Positions 25,359 to 42,094 of a DNA stretch of 64,000 nt are shown in pieces. The position numbers and the translations under genes were made by a program. Origin of the DNA: Octopus sinensis. Lineage: Eukaryota. The stretch's first letter is position 1. Each line of letters begins with the position of its first letter. The DNA lies in contig NC_043003.1 in the NCBI RefSeq assembly GCF_006345805.1, positions 75,020,001 to 75,084,000 on the forward strand. Reading direction: 5' to 3'. Below the pieces are notes generated by a model. The model did no database searches, was not told the DNA's origin, and was given only the letters and a program-made list of their open reading frames with translations.

Positions 25359-26196
25359 GATGTTGCAATATAGCTTATGTTTCGAAATTAAAGAATAGTA
25401 ACGTTCAATTCGAAAGTTAGGAAGGCATCGCCATATTCAAGTAGCAAGTACGAGTATGTACTGTGCTACGCTTAACTATATTAGATATTAAATTAGACAG
25501 GTAACCTACTTAATGAGACACGGAAACTTATATGGAAATTCTTAAATAACTTAAAGCGAATATTCGCTTACTTCAAATCTCTTACCTAAAGTGCGCTGGT
25601 ACCAAACTCTATATATCTCCTGAATATTGATTCTGTAATATTGTAACCCTGATATTTACTCTGTAATCGTTATAAATATAACGAAATATAATGTATGACT
25701 TTCTTCAAGGCATAACCAATCTTCTCGTTTACATTAAGATTTGTACTTTTATTTAAATGTATATTTATGTTCTCTTCTCTCGCTTCTTCAATTTATCCTA
25801 GAATCTCATATTCTAAATCACTATTTCCCTGTTTCATCAGCTATATGTTATTATGTGTTAATATTTTTGTATTTCATATTTTTACATGCTATTTTTTTAT
25901 ATTTTTACATACTTTTTATCATATTTTATGCTTCTCCATTTTAAAAATTCTATATTTTTATACGTTTTATGTTATTTTTTGTATGTGTTTTATATTTTTT
26001 AACATATTTTATTTGTAAATACTGAAAAAAAATTTCTACATTTTTTGTATATTCATATTTATATATTATAGAATGTTTTTATAATATTATGCACATGAAT
26101 CTTAAAGTAAACTATACAAATTTAGCTACAGATGCATATATGTGTGTGTTGTGAAACGTTATTTATGTTTTTATAGGTATGCTTGTGTGCATATAT

Positions 26197-26244
<48 letters not shown>

Positions 26245-26247
26245 CAT

Positions 26248-26306
<59 letters not shown>

Positions 26307-26614
26307 TGAAAATGGATGCGCAGCGTTCATACGTTTCTCCATGTTTGTTTTCTTTCGGTTTCCTTATATGTCTCCACTGTCCTGTTTTTGTTCTCAATTT
26401 TGACAGTCCATATATCTAAAATTTTAGTTTGGAATTTATAGGAGCAACTGTATTTGTGAATAATATTGTGTTTGAAAGATCGCAGTAATGAGTAGATAGA
26501 CAGTCAACAACTAATAAAGGGGCGATCTACGTGTTTCTCTTTTTGCTCTCGTTTTTTGCGCATATAACTCGCTTTTTCGTACTTCACGTTGTTTACACTG
26601 TTGGTGACGCCCTG

Positions 26615-26666
<52 letters not shown>

Positions 26667-26703
26667 AACACACACACAGACACACACATATATATAACTA
26701 TAT

Positions 26704-26865
26704 TTACGACGGACTTCTTTCAGGTTCCGTCTACCAAATCCACTCACAAGGCTTTGGTCGGCCCGATGCTAAAGAAGAAGGCACTTCGCCAATGTGCCAT
26801 ACAGTGGGACAGAAACCGGAACCAAGTTGTTGGTAATCAAGCTATGTACCTCACAGCCTCTCCTG
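26704..26865 (-). mobile_element. SINE family 1, 5' half
   Basis: TTCCGTCTACCAAATCCACTCACAAGGCTTTGGTCGGCCCG...CAGCCTCTCCTGC equals reverse complement of family head. Confidence 0.85.
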
Positions 26866-26888
26866 CTCACACTCACACACACACACAC

Positions 26889-30058
<3,170 letters not shown>

Positions 30059-30084
30059 CAGGATTCAAGTTAATCAACTCCTTA

Positions 30085-30160
30085 AATTGTCTTTTCTACT
30101 CTAGGCACAAGGCTCGAAATTTTTGAGGAGGAGGCCAGTAATTTATTTATCGACTCCGAA
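30085..30160 (-). mobile_element. SINE family 2, 3' tail fragment
   Basis: CTTTTCTACTCTAGGCACAAGGCTCGAAATTTT...GGCCAG is the reverse complement of the family-2 tail (GGCCTTGTG...GAAA). Confidence 0.6.
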
Positions 30161-30559
30161 CGGTATCCGGTACGAAACAAAATTAGACTAATATAAATGT
30201 ACGTACCGAATTAAAGATTAAGTTATATTCAAGTCGCAAGTACGATCACTAGCGTCTAACTAGATATGCCCCGAGTCTGCACCTAAATAAAAACAGAGCA
30301 GCAATTGTACTGAACACAATAGATTTCAGATCCACGCTAATTGCAGATTTCATGTGAGATAAATAATACATAAATATGAACGGATAGGTAACATTTCACT
30401 CTCTACAGGTTTTTAAGATGTGTTTTTTATTGAGGAATAGGGTTATTACATCATGTGAAAAAAAACACATTCATCAAGTGAATATCCGGACCTGTTAAGC
30501 ACAAACACACACGCACAAATATAAATTTAATATGTTGGTGTGGTGAACTTTTCAAGAAA

Positions 30560-31287
30560 TTAATATCCTTTTTTTCAAAGCGGTCTGAGTCAAAGGTTAA
30601 GGATAGCATTTTTACTGGACAGCCAAATAAAGACAATGTCGAGGTGAGATAAACTTGAAAAGTCAATGAGTGATATCGAAAGAGAGACATGTTGTACACA
30701 TCGTGCCATAGTTCATGTCTTCCTAGGTAACAACACAGATCTCAACGCGATGCAGCTGGTTGTAAAGTGTATTGAGAGTTTTAAGAACTTGGGCTCTCGT
30801 GTGCCCTTAGGGGTGCATTTTGTTTACATTCATATTTATAGTACTTTACTGATATATTCTCTCACTGAGGTGACCTCAGTGATAGACTCCATCAAGGTAT
30901 CGTTGCAACAGGGGATAAGATACTGAGGAGGATGAGACACTCATATGATGGGAGACTATATATGATCCCTTGTTTCAAAAGATATAGGAGCTCACAGTAG
31001 GAAATCTCGATTTTTAATGCATTTCTAGTGTAATCTCATTATGTGCCTACTTAAATTTTTGGAAATAATGTCGCACAATGGAAATAAGGTCAATAAAGCA
31101 TTACCAAAATAAAGTTTTTTTTTCTGAAAATAAAACCAAGATTATCACTTGAAATATCGATGTTAGGCAAAATCTAAATGTTTTCATTTTTTTTTTGTTT
31201 TGTTTTGTTTTTTGTGAAATCAGAAAAAGGATAACAACAAGGAACGTCAAAAAGAATTCAGAAAAATAAAATTGGTGTTACACAGTG
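30560..31287 (+). mobile_element. Chapaev3-like (CMC) DNA transposon 3' relic
   Basis: SKVKDSIFTGQP (AK.KEGIF.GPQI), VHVFLGNN, FKNLGSRVPLGVHF (LGC.MSLK.HF), RLHQGI (RFHQDI); ends ACACAGTG followed by TAA, as I recall for Chapaev3 termini. Confidence 0.65.
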
Positions 31288-32062
31288 TAATCAATAGTAA
31301 TTTATACATAACGCTCGAACAAAGACGGAGCTTTTAATAATGCTTGTCTTAGCGGGATAATATCTTTATATATATTCATTCGCTGATGTATATGTGTGTT
31401 TGTTTGTGTGTGTTCTTGTGCGTGTGAGTGTGTGTGTTTGCGCATATATGTGAGTATATATGTATTTATATACATATGCACATATATTACATATTCGGAT
31501 GAATGTATATATGTATGTATGTGTGTATATGTGCGTGCGTGTGTATGTGTGAGTGTGGGTGTGTGATAACTATGTATACAGGGGTCATGTAAATGACTTT
31601 TGGGAGAAATGTAAGACAACTACAAACAATTCTACACCAAATAAATAGGATATACGCGAACACGCTCAAACGACTTTACAGATTACTAATCCCATAAACC
31701 GGAGTGCAGGTTATTATGTAAGCAGATTATCTATGTGAAAGGCTTGAGGAGGTTATGTCATTCATGCTGTTGCATATATCGAAAAATGGTCTGAATATAT
31801 GCAATCATCCACACATATACCTTCACGCTTTTTCGTTACTGGTATATCTCGAAATCGATGTTGAACATTCTCTCTTACAATTCAGCATTATTTAATATTT
31901 CATGCATTCCGGTTGTTGATGCATGACTTTATTATATTCAAGACACAAATAATTGGTCTGTGAGATCAGAAATCCAACAGAGTATATGTACCTAATCTAA
32001 TTTCCCTCCATAAATTTAATCGACTGTGAAAGTATGACAGAACAATACCCTTGTAAAAGGAA

Positions 32063-32710
32063 TAAGGCGGTGAGCCGGGAGAAACGTTTGCACAACGAGG
32101 AAAACGTTTCGCGACCATTTCGTGTGTCTTTACGTCTTAAGTTCAAACTCCGCTGAGGTTGACTATTAATTTCATCCCTTCGGGAAAGATAATATAAGTA
32201 ACAGGTGAATACTTTGATTTGTGAAATCGACTTAGGCCCTCCCTAAATATTGGTGTACTTGTGCCAAACATTTGAAACCAGCATTGCATGAGTATAAAAT
32301 GGGGATTTAGAATACTGGACAAAATGCTTGTCGGCATTTCGTTCAAATCGACAAAATGCTTGTCGGCATTTCGTTCGGGTTGACATTTGGGATCCAGAAA
32401 ATAAGTACAAGTTGAGCACTTGGGTTTATATAATCGACTTCTCCCACTAACTAATTTTCTGATTTTTTCCAAAACTCTGAAACAATATTACGTCAGTATC
32501 AGGCAGGATGTTGGCACAATTATTACCATGGGGAGAAAAACGCTTGGCCGTACTTTAACCTTATTTAAATTCTGAATTTGAATTCCTCCCAGGTAGGTTT
32601 GGTTTTCTATATTTTCTGTGTCGAGGAACAAAGTACCATCCAAGTATGTAATACATATAGTCGACTATCCCAGAAATTGCTAACCTACTTGCCAAAATTT
32701 CAAACCAACA
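32063..32710 (+). mobile_element. Three tandem diverged SINE family 2 copies
   Basis: Units starting ~32063, ~32310, ~32505 each end in ATAAGTAC/AAAGTACC...TCGACT...GAAAC blocks; units 1 and 3 have GTTCAAA/TTTGAA B-box-like sites. Confidence 0.7.
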
Positions 32711-33811
32711 TTACGTCTTTAAAATTGGATCTTCAAAAGTCTTAAATTTACTTCGTTCAGGCCTCAGAAGTTGGCTGGCCGTAAATAATATTACGGAGGA
32801 GATTTCTCACATCTAATAAAACTGTATGTCCGACAAAATGAGCGTCGATATAATTTTAGCAAAGACTTGGAATGTTAACTGGTCTTTGATCAAGCAACAA
32901 TCTGTTAAATTTCAAAGTGGGTGTCTTAAAATGCTCCAGTAAATGTTAGGCTTCAACTTGTATTGTGCAATTTTGCTCTTCAATATCCATTATTATGTTG
33001 CTTTTATGCGTAGAAAATCAATTATCTCCATCTGTATGAAGCGTCAACATACATGAATGCGTACATACATGCATGCATGTATATGTGTAGGTGTATATAT
33101 ATACCCACACAAACACACACACACATACAAGCGCGCAGACACATGCACTAATATTTACACTTGCGCCCACATACGCCTAAACAGACACAAATGTATATGC
33201 GCACACATGCATAAGTATTTGCGTGCATGTGTATTTTTAGGAACATCACATAATGTCATAATAAAATATGGATGTCGCGGTATAGCAGGATAATAATGCA
33301 GGCAATATATTAAAAACACACTAGAGGGATTAGTTAACTAAACTGAAACCTATTGTAAGCTTTCATTAAGCGTTTTATGGGTTAATGCATTGTAATATAC
33401 GAGGAATGTAGTCTGTAATTTATTTTTATATTTTGGTTATCCCTTCATTGTTTTTTTTTTTTATTTCTGTACTTCGATTCTGGTAGGCAAAGCCGTTAAA
33501 AGCATCTGTGTTATTTTAGCGAGAGATTGTTAATCCGGAAAGACAAAGAGGAAAAAAAACCTAATGACTACGGCAGCAAAGTCGAAGACAATAATGACAA
33601 CAACAAACATAAAAAAAAAAAATCTACTAAAGGATAAAAGCAATTCTACAAAGATAATACGAATACATAATAACTAAAACTATTTAGAAGAAAACTACTA
33701 ATAATGAAAATAAAAAGAATGGCCTTACTAATACTGCTATTACATGACCACTACGAAAATTGCATTTCTTCCGTTATGAGCTCAAATGCCGCTGAGGTCG
33801 AATTCGCTTTT

Positions 33812-33911
33812 NNNNNNNNNNNNNNNNNNNNNNNNNNNNNNNNNNNNNNNNNNNNNNNNNNNNNNNNNNNNNNNNNNNNNNNNNNNNNNNNNNNNNNNNN
33901 NNNNNNNNNNN
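33812..33911. other. Assembly gap (100 N)
   Basis: Run of exactly 100 N, interrupting a SINE family 2 head (GAGCTCAAATGCCGCTGAGGTCGA); continuity across it is unverified. Confidence 0.99.
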
Positions 33912-35547
33912 AGTATACCGCTCCAAAAGTAGAAATATTTTATTTATTTTTCTCTCGTTTTTATTTACGTATCAATCCGGAAGGTGTGTTTTCAATGTTT
34001 CTAGTCTGCCCATAATGAATAATTATTCCGTTCTTGGATTAATGGCTGTAGCTATGTTTTCTGAAATTGGATTTTGTGTATAGTATTAGGAGTATGTTCT
34101 CTCTTATTTTTTGTACCACCCAATATTTCCTTATGGATGGAATCATTTTTGCACATTTGAACTCTCCAGCATAGATAATCTATCTAATTGACAAAATCTA
34201 TAGAAAGTTATTATAAGCAGTGGAACTTATAATTTCATGTACAACACATAACTTCATGCTTAGTTTGACTGAACGTTAAATGTCAATCTATTTGCAATGA
34301 TCACGCTTCTGGTTTGTAAACAAGGAAACAGTAACGGCACCCTCAATATATCGTTTATAGTTGCGTTAGATTTCACTGATCAACATAACATCACATTTTA
34401 CTGGTAAACGTTTCATGATAGTATCGGATGACACACTCTTATTTGACACAGATTTGGACTTGGGAAAACCCATTCCGATCAGTTTTGATAAATATCTAAT
34501 CATTGAATCTATCCATGTGGTAAATACTGCACATATCTCAGAGTATTAAAAAGTATTTAACTTAGTATTATCAAATAAGAAAATTTCTTATTTTCAATTA
34601 CACCAAATTAATACATTTATGTTTAAACAGATTTAATGTTGCATTTACTTGTTCAAGCTCCAAAGAGATTCAAACCACTATGATTGAGTGTCTTTCTTCA
34701 AATTCTTCACATACTGAAAAGGAAGAAAGAAGCTACTAATACTGTTGGATTTTACTTTTTGAAGCACATGAAAGAAATGACAAATTACCTACAATAATGT
34801 TTGGTTTATTCCACGAACAGAGATATTTCACACTTATAAATATTAAGCAAGACCACACACAGAGATATGAAAGAGAATATCATAATATTTTTTGTAATTT
34901 TTGTATCTCTATCCAAACATACCTAATATAATATATGTTTAAAATGTATACACATGCTTTCCAATCAACCGTTAGGTATTATCAGTAATGTACGCGTAGC
35001 AGCTAAAGTAGGCACGGACAACTATTTCGATAAGCGGGCAGCAGGAAGTCTCGCTGATCATCAAGTGTGCCGCACCTCTAAAAACGTTCAAAATATTTTC
35101 CTGTTTGGCATGCTATTCAGAAAAACCCGTGTGCCGCATTTTGGCCATGGCCAGCTACGGTTAGCAAATTGTTATCGAACATTCTCACTATAAAGACTAA
35201 GATTATAATCTGAGATAGTCAACAATATACTAACAAGGAGAGCACTAAAGTAGGAGAAGCCACGTGATGGATATATATTAATGTTATCCTTAACATATAA
35301 GAAATTTGAAAAACAATCATGTTAAATTGTGTTATTCTACAACCTCTGGCATTGTAGGTAACGTTGCTTTTCGTGAAGAGGAGTATAATACCCTTCTCCA
35401 ATTCTATGTGTTTGTGAGGGAGTGAACATGTATGTGTGGGGTCACATGTAGGTAGGCATTAGCACATTCGCCTAAGGAACAATTATAATTGTATTTTACG
35501 CATATAAAACTGACATACAAACACACGCATAAATAATTTATATATAA

Positions 35548-35584
<37 letters not shown>

Positions 35585-35598
35585 CATATATATTTATT

Positions 35599-35649
<51 letters not shown>

Positions 35650-36844
35650 CATATATATTTATTTGTGTGTGTGTGTATATATATATATATATTATATATA
35701 TGTATGTATGTATGTAGGTATGTATAATATATGTAAGAAGTGCGTATGTATATATAGTTACATGCAGGTTTTTCACTTACGCAAAAATATAAGAGAAATA
35801 ATTGAATACCGATTCAAATACGGTGGCTCTTTCCTTTTCATCTCGCTGCTATATTGTTGATGCAAACAAGATGGCGTTCGCTGAATGCTAACAATTTTCT
35901 TCATAATGTCTGACACTTTGATTTGTTGCTCTTGTCTTTCTCTAAGCGCCTAGTTCTAACAGATACCTATTTAATTTTAACTTTGTTATTTTTCCCCTCT
36001 TGCTATTTTTTAAAACTACAATTATTTATTCTCTTCTTTCTACCCTAATACTATGACTGTTTTAGTTAGAGAAATTGTTTTTCCCTACTACCCGAAAGCA
36101 TCGATTTTAAGTAGACAAAAGAAGAATCAGAAAATTAATCATTGCTTTTCTTTGATTTACCCTGACATCTGTCACTCTTTTACAAAGAGATATTATGTTT
36201 TGTTATCTTTTTCTCATTTTTTCTTCGTATTATTTTACAATATTTTACAATAGTTTTTCTTTACCTTGTTAATCTTTTGTTTTTTTCCCCCATTTTATTG
36301 GTATGTTTACTTCCAGAGATATATTGTTTTTATTATATTTTCTATGTTTATTTTTATTTTTCAGAGTTGAATCTGTTGGAAACAATACAAGAATCATTGG
36401 CTACTGTAACGAGTGTGTATATGTACGCATCCGTGCAAATTCTGTAATGTATATAAATATATGTGTGGAAAAACAACTGACAATACACATTTTTTTTTTA
36501 AATTTCAAATACAAAGAACACTTATCGACACAAACCTACAGTTTAAACATACAACTATACACACTATGGTTCCTATACATTAGAATACGCACTTAGGAGC
36601 TTTTTAGCTGAATGACTATACACATACACACACACATGTATATATACCTAAATAGGAATCATTGTCTCGCTCAGTGTGTTTCTGTCTTCCTTGGTATTTG
36701 TGTATATGTATGTATACATACGTAAATATACACATATTTACATTTACAGTGACACTCACACAAGCACACATGTATGTATATCTGTACAAGAATACATACA
36801 AACGCATTTACTCACTGAAATCACCTTAACACACACGCGCGCGC

Positions 36845-36890
<46 letters not shown>

Positions 36891-37861
36891 GTATGTAGTG
36901 GTGTGTGTTTATATATATGTAAGATGTAATTACTTACGCAGTAATATTATCAGCAATATAAAAGAGAACTCAATACACTGAACTACTTAAGAAAATATTA
37001 TACATGCAGGCACACTCACTCTCCCCACACACTCTTCTGTACGCATGTGCACTGGTGTTACCGCGTTTGTTTCCGTTTGAAAGTGTATGTTTACCTGTGC
37101 AATTTCTGTATGTTACTATCTGCATTTATACAGTCATGAATGCTGGCTTGCCATAGAAATAGTCATTTATTATGTTTTATCTTATCTTTGATTCTCTCTA
37201 TTTCCCGCACTGTTTCTCTCCTTAAATTCATTCACTCACTTTCACTACATCCATGTCTCTTATCGTGGGTATATTTTCACATCACCTCATTCTAGAATTT
37301 GAAGATTAAATTTAAAGCGTAATTCCTTTAAAATTAGATTTTTCTCTATTTTAATCCATTTCCCACATAAATTAGCGTTTGACAAGGAGATATATGCAGT
37401 ATTCACTTGTATTTATTTGGTACATATTCTATCAAATATCTACTCTTTACTTCACGATAAAATGCTCTATGTAAACCACAACACACATCAAAATTCTACC
37501 AATTTTATTTATGTGTTGCTTCATCGCTTACAAGACCATTAGTTCGTACAAAAAGAGAGGGATGTTTAATTCATATTAGTTCGCGATGGTTATTTGTGTC
37601 AAAACAGGGATAAATATTCAAAATATTTATGATCGATTATGTATTGGTATCTTCCGTTATTATTGAGTCACTGTTGCCTTGGTTATTGAGAACGATAACT
37701 GAATTGAAAGATAATCCTTTATAGATATTCTAACCAGGTTCGAGAACTGAACTGATGCCACTATCCATAAAAAAACTACATAAAAATGAATGAAGTTCAA
37801 TCTCCTGTGCATTTCGATATGTGCATCTTATTATTTTGTAGGAAATAGGATTTTATGATGG

Positions 37862-37894
<33 letters not shown>

Positions 37895-39634
37895 CGACGA
37901 TGATGATTATGAAAACAACAAGTATACTAATAACAACAACAGCAATAGCACTAATAGCAGTAATAATAAACAAACAAAAATAATATAAGTGTATGTAGCA
38001 ATTAATCGACTTAGAACCATTTCACTGACGGTAACAAGTTGAATGCCTTATCTACGACACAAATGCTTTAACTATAGTTTTCTCATGTATTATATTATAG
38101 CTACAAATACTCCGTCTGTGGCGGTTTAAGTACTCAAATTTTCGAATCCTACCAGCATATCTACTCCCAACAGCTACATATGATTTCGTATATACATACA
38201 TCGGAGGTATTTTTTTGCAACGGTCCATACTCGAGTTTTAAACAAACCAAATATTTAACACATACTTACTGTTTCAGAATATTTTGCTATTCAAAATGCT
38301 GATCAGAACCACTGGAATATCCATGTAGGGGATCTTATTTAGCAGATATTCGTAAATATGGAAGGCTTACAGTTGAAATTTTTTATCTACAAATTTTTGC
38401 ATTGAAGCATGAAGAATTTGTGATTCTTCTCAAAAAATCTTGATTGATATTTTATATAATCATAATGTTGATCCGTTATCTCAATACAACCCTGGGAAGT
38501 TTGTCACATATGCGTTGCCTCCAGAACCAACAACGATATATGACTTAGTTCTTATTTACAGATGAGGAAGGAAGTAACGCAGCAGTGAATTCAACTACAT
38601 TTGGTCTTTGGATAGAAACGAAGGACGCTATGTATTTTACAAGTGTGAATCCATTGATCGAATGCCTCTGTAATTCCACCACCAGCAAGTGGCCAATTTA
38701 GAAGTTTCCTACAGACAAGAGCATCTACATTCTACTCTGGATGGCAATAGTAGAATTTAATCGATGCTGATCTGTAACGTTAAACCTGACGAAACTGAAT
38801 TTGCGGTTATTGTTATTGTTTCAACGCCCAGTGATCTCCAGTCACGAAGATCCAAGATTAAATGTTATCTGTGAATAAAACGAAACCAGTAACCATATAT
38901 ATTTGTTTTAAGTAAAACGTTTAGTGATAAAGAGGAGGTACACATTTATCAAAATATTCTAAGTTCGCTTCGTATATCCTGAGCAATTACTTGAAAATCT
39001 TTACAGTTCGGGAATGTAAACATAGGAATAAATTGCGCACGAAACGGCTTGAATTATGTTTGATAATTTCGACTGATGACATTCTCTATGAGGAAAACTT
39101 ATGAATTGGAGTAATTGAATGGCAGTAACTTGGTTGTCATTTGTTTTCATTTTATATGAGGAATAATGATTCAACTATTTACACTAAAATGTTTTAACTA
39201 TATTTGTATCTTCTCTAACACCATTAATTCAATGTATTGCTAGATTTAGTGTCTCAGTTTGAAAATAATAGTTTAGCTGGAAATTTAGTCTAAATATCCA
39301 TTTAGTTTCTGAAGCATCTTTAAATATGAGAATTTGTTTAATGTTTCGAGCCTTAGGTAAATAGTTCTTAGTCCTAAACTAACCAATAAAATAAATGCAA
39401 GCATAAATGATGATGAACCATATATATATATATATATATATTTGTGTGTGTAAATGTGTGTGTGTTCCCGCGCGCGTGTGTCTAAGCATACATGTATATG
39501 TATGTGTGTATGAGTCTACTTTTCTCTCTTTCTATATATACACATATACGTATTACGTCCACATTACGTGCACATGTGCAAACAAACGCTCATGCACCGA
39601 TACATCTACATATATAAATACATACATGCGTTTT

Positions 39635-39665
<31 letters not shown>

Positions 39666-42037
39666 GTTTTGCGTCAGTGCTACTCTAAGATTGGTAATAA
39701 CGTGAAACCCACAGGCAAAAAGAAATTCACAGCAAGAAATTGCAACTTAATTATCTTGTGAAGACATGTTTTGGGCTAAGCGTAAGATTGGTGCAATTGT
39801 GTTTATCTCAGAAAGCCATTTATACCGCCATGATTTGTGCCGAGTACTTTTGGAGAGAAACCTTAATCCATCTCTAGAAATACCAATAACTATCTACGGT
39901 ATAATACAATAAAGAAGACAGTTTTGCATCAACCGTTAATAAATAATGTCCTCGCTACACTTCTGAATCGGGTATGAGGTTATGATAAGCAAGCTCAGAA
40001 ACACTAACTTTGGTATGTAATAATCAGTTACTACTGGGTAAACATATGTTTAAAGAATTTTTTAAGCCCAATCCAATGCGGTCTAAAGAACTAAAAATAC
40101 ATGTAAACTGTGTGCACTCTACGAGGAATTTCGATATTTCAGTGAATAAAACGATACCAGACTGTAGGAAATCTAAAGAGAAAATATGTTTAGAGTTGGC
40201 TTCCAGAGAATAGAATCGGATTTCCTTAAAAAGGCGTCCTAACATATAACGTATTCTTTTATTGTAATCTGTGTTTATGAATGTAGATTCTCACCAACAA
40301 AGAGTCAGGTCCCAGCCTACATTCAACTCTTTGTCATACGAATATAGTAATGCATTTAAGCACATATTATTGTATGTATATATGCATTCAAGCACGCATG
40401 TTTGCACACGTTTAAGCCTGTATGATGGCGTGCACGTCTAAGCATCACATGTATATATATATATATGTATCGGCGAATATTATTCGGTTGTGTGATTGTG
40501 TTACAACTATTACAATTGGGTGTTTGAATGGTTCTTTCAACCTTGAGATGACTCTCAAATCATGAATCTTTTACGATTACAAAAAAGTCTCTGAGTATGC
40601 TTTGAATATCTTTATTTTAAAGTAATGAAGATGTTGTATATTAGTCTATGTTACTGAAAACGGCAGCCTTTTGCAAGGAGTTTCTTTGTCCGTCAGTATT
40701 AAACCGAAATAGCCTAACATACGCAGTTTGCTAATTAAATATCCCGATATTTTCAATTTCCTCCAGGTCATTTGTAACATATACCGATGTTTGATATTTT
40801 CTGTGACCTTACAGAAATCTGTGCCCTGAAGTATACCACATTTCAACGTTTCAGGTATGAATATAATTGGATTTCTTGATATCCCAGGGCACATAAGATG
40901 CTGTTGATCTCATGGAATAAATATAACCATATCGATTAGGCCAAAATACACTACATATATTAAGCAAGAATAAATACTCTGAAATAAATGATAAGAAGTC
41001 CATATCAAGTCAGACTTAATCGTGTGTCATATGTGAAGTCGTTCATTTTATATGTTGCCAACTAGACTTCGGCTTGGCAAGACAATTGTTCCAAATCAGT
41101 GATGATGATTGACATTTAACTCCTAGGAATCACAGCAAAAGTTTTTCCAGACAAGATTCCTCTCAGAATATTATGCGAATAATTCCTCGACAGCTTTCAG
41201 TCTACTCTAATAGTGTCCGAGTCAACACGCTCACTGAAATACGATATATATCCTCATTGATTACTACCTGTTAGATGGGATGCAATCACTGACAAGATTA
41301 ATTTTTTGACTGACCGCACCGACGCGTCGTATTTCGACCAGAACAATCTTGTTCCAGCTTACATATGATTAAGCGCATTGCATTCATGATCCTCTGAATT
41401 TTAAGTGTTACTTATGCCAAGTATCTGTTCGTTTGTCTATTTTTTCCTTGTTTTTTATACAGCAGATGTATTTAGCAGCCAATTATAGCAGTTCGAATGA
41501 CTACTTTCAAGTTTGAAAGCACCAGTTGCACACTTAGGTGGATTAATCACCTCCCTCGAAATTGTTGGCCTTGTGTCACGATTCGAAATTTCTCTGCATA
41601 ATTGAGGAAAGAGGAATAACATTTTAATAAAATGAAAAATAGAAATGAAAGCTTTTTAGATATTCAATGAATTATATATATTTATGATATCTTAAATGTG
41701 GTTATTCAACCATACATCATATCACTGACATACCAACAGCGAGTTAAATTACTTAGTGCCCATCAGTCTATCCAATGTTTGAGATCAGCAGACTGGGCAA
41801 CGGAAAATATATAAAGAAAAGCAACCGATTTTGATGTTTGAATTACCTACTGTTCTCATACATCACATGAAATACTACGTCCAAAGACTTCCACATTAAA
41901 ATCACAAATGATATTAAGTATATTCGTTTAACACATGGCTGATAATTTGTATCACGAACTGAACAACGAAAATCATGTAATCGTCATAAATTTGTTACAT
42001 ACAAACTTTAAAATTTCACAAAATGTAGTTAATTTAA

Positions 42038-42074
<37 letters not shown>

Positions 42075-42094
42075 TAATAATAATATAATACATA

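Noticed and set aside
25741-26100. Hydrophobic F/I/Y-rich ORFs resembling membrane or mitochondrial proteins (also 3789-4068)
   Set aside because: T-rich low-complexity DNA without conserved motifs; no NUMT evidence.
33704-34015. ORF spanning the N run
   Set aside because: Artefact of the assembly gap.
38100-41400. Possible very old LINE remnants (e.g. INFLTDRT near 41300)
   Set aside because: Only isolated short motif resemblances; cannot set boundaries or family by eye.
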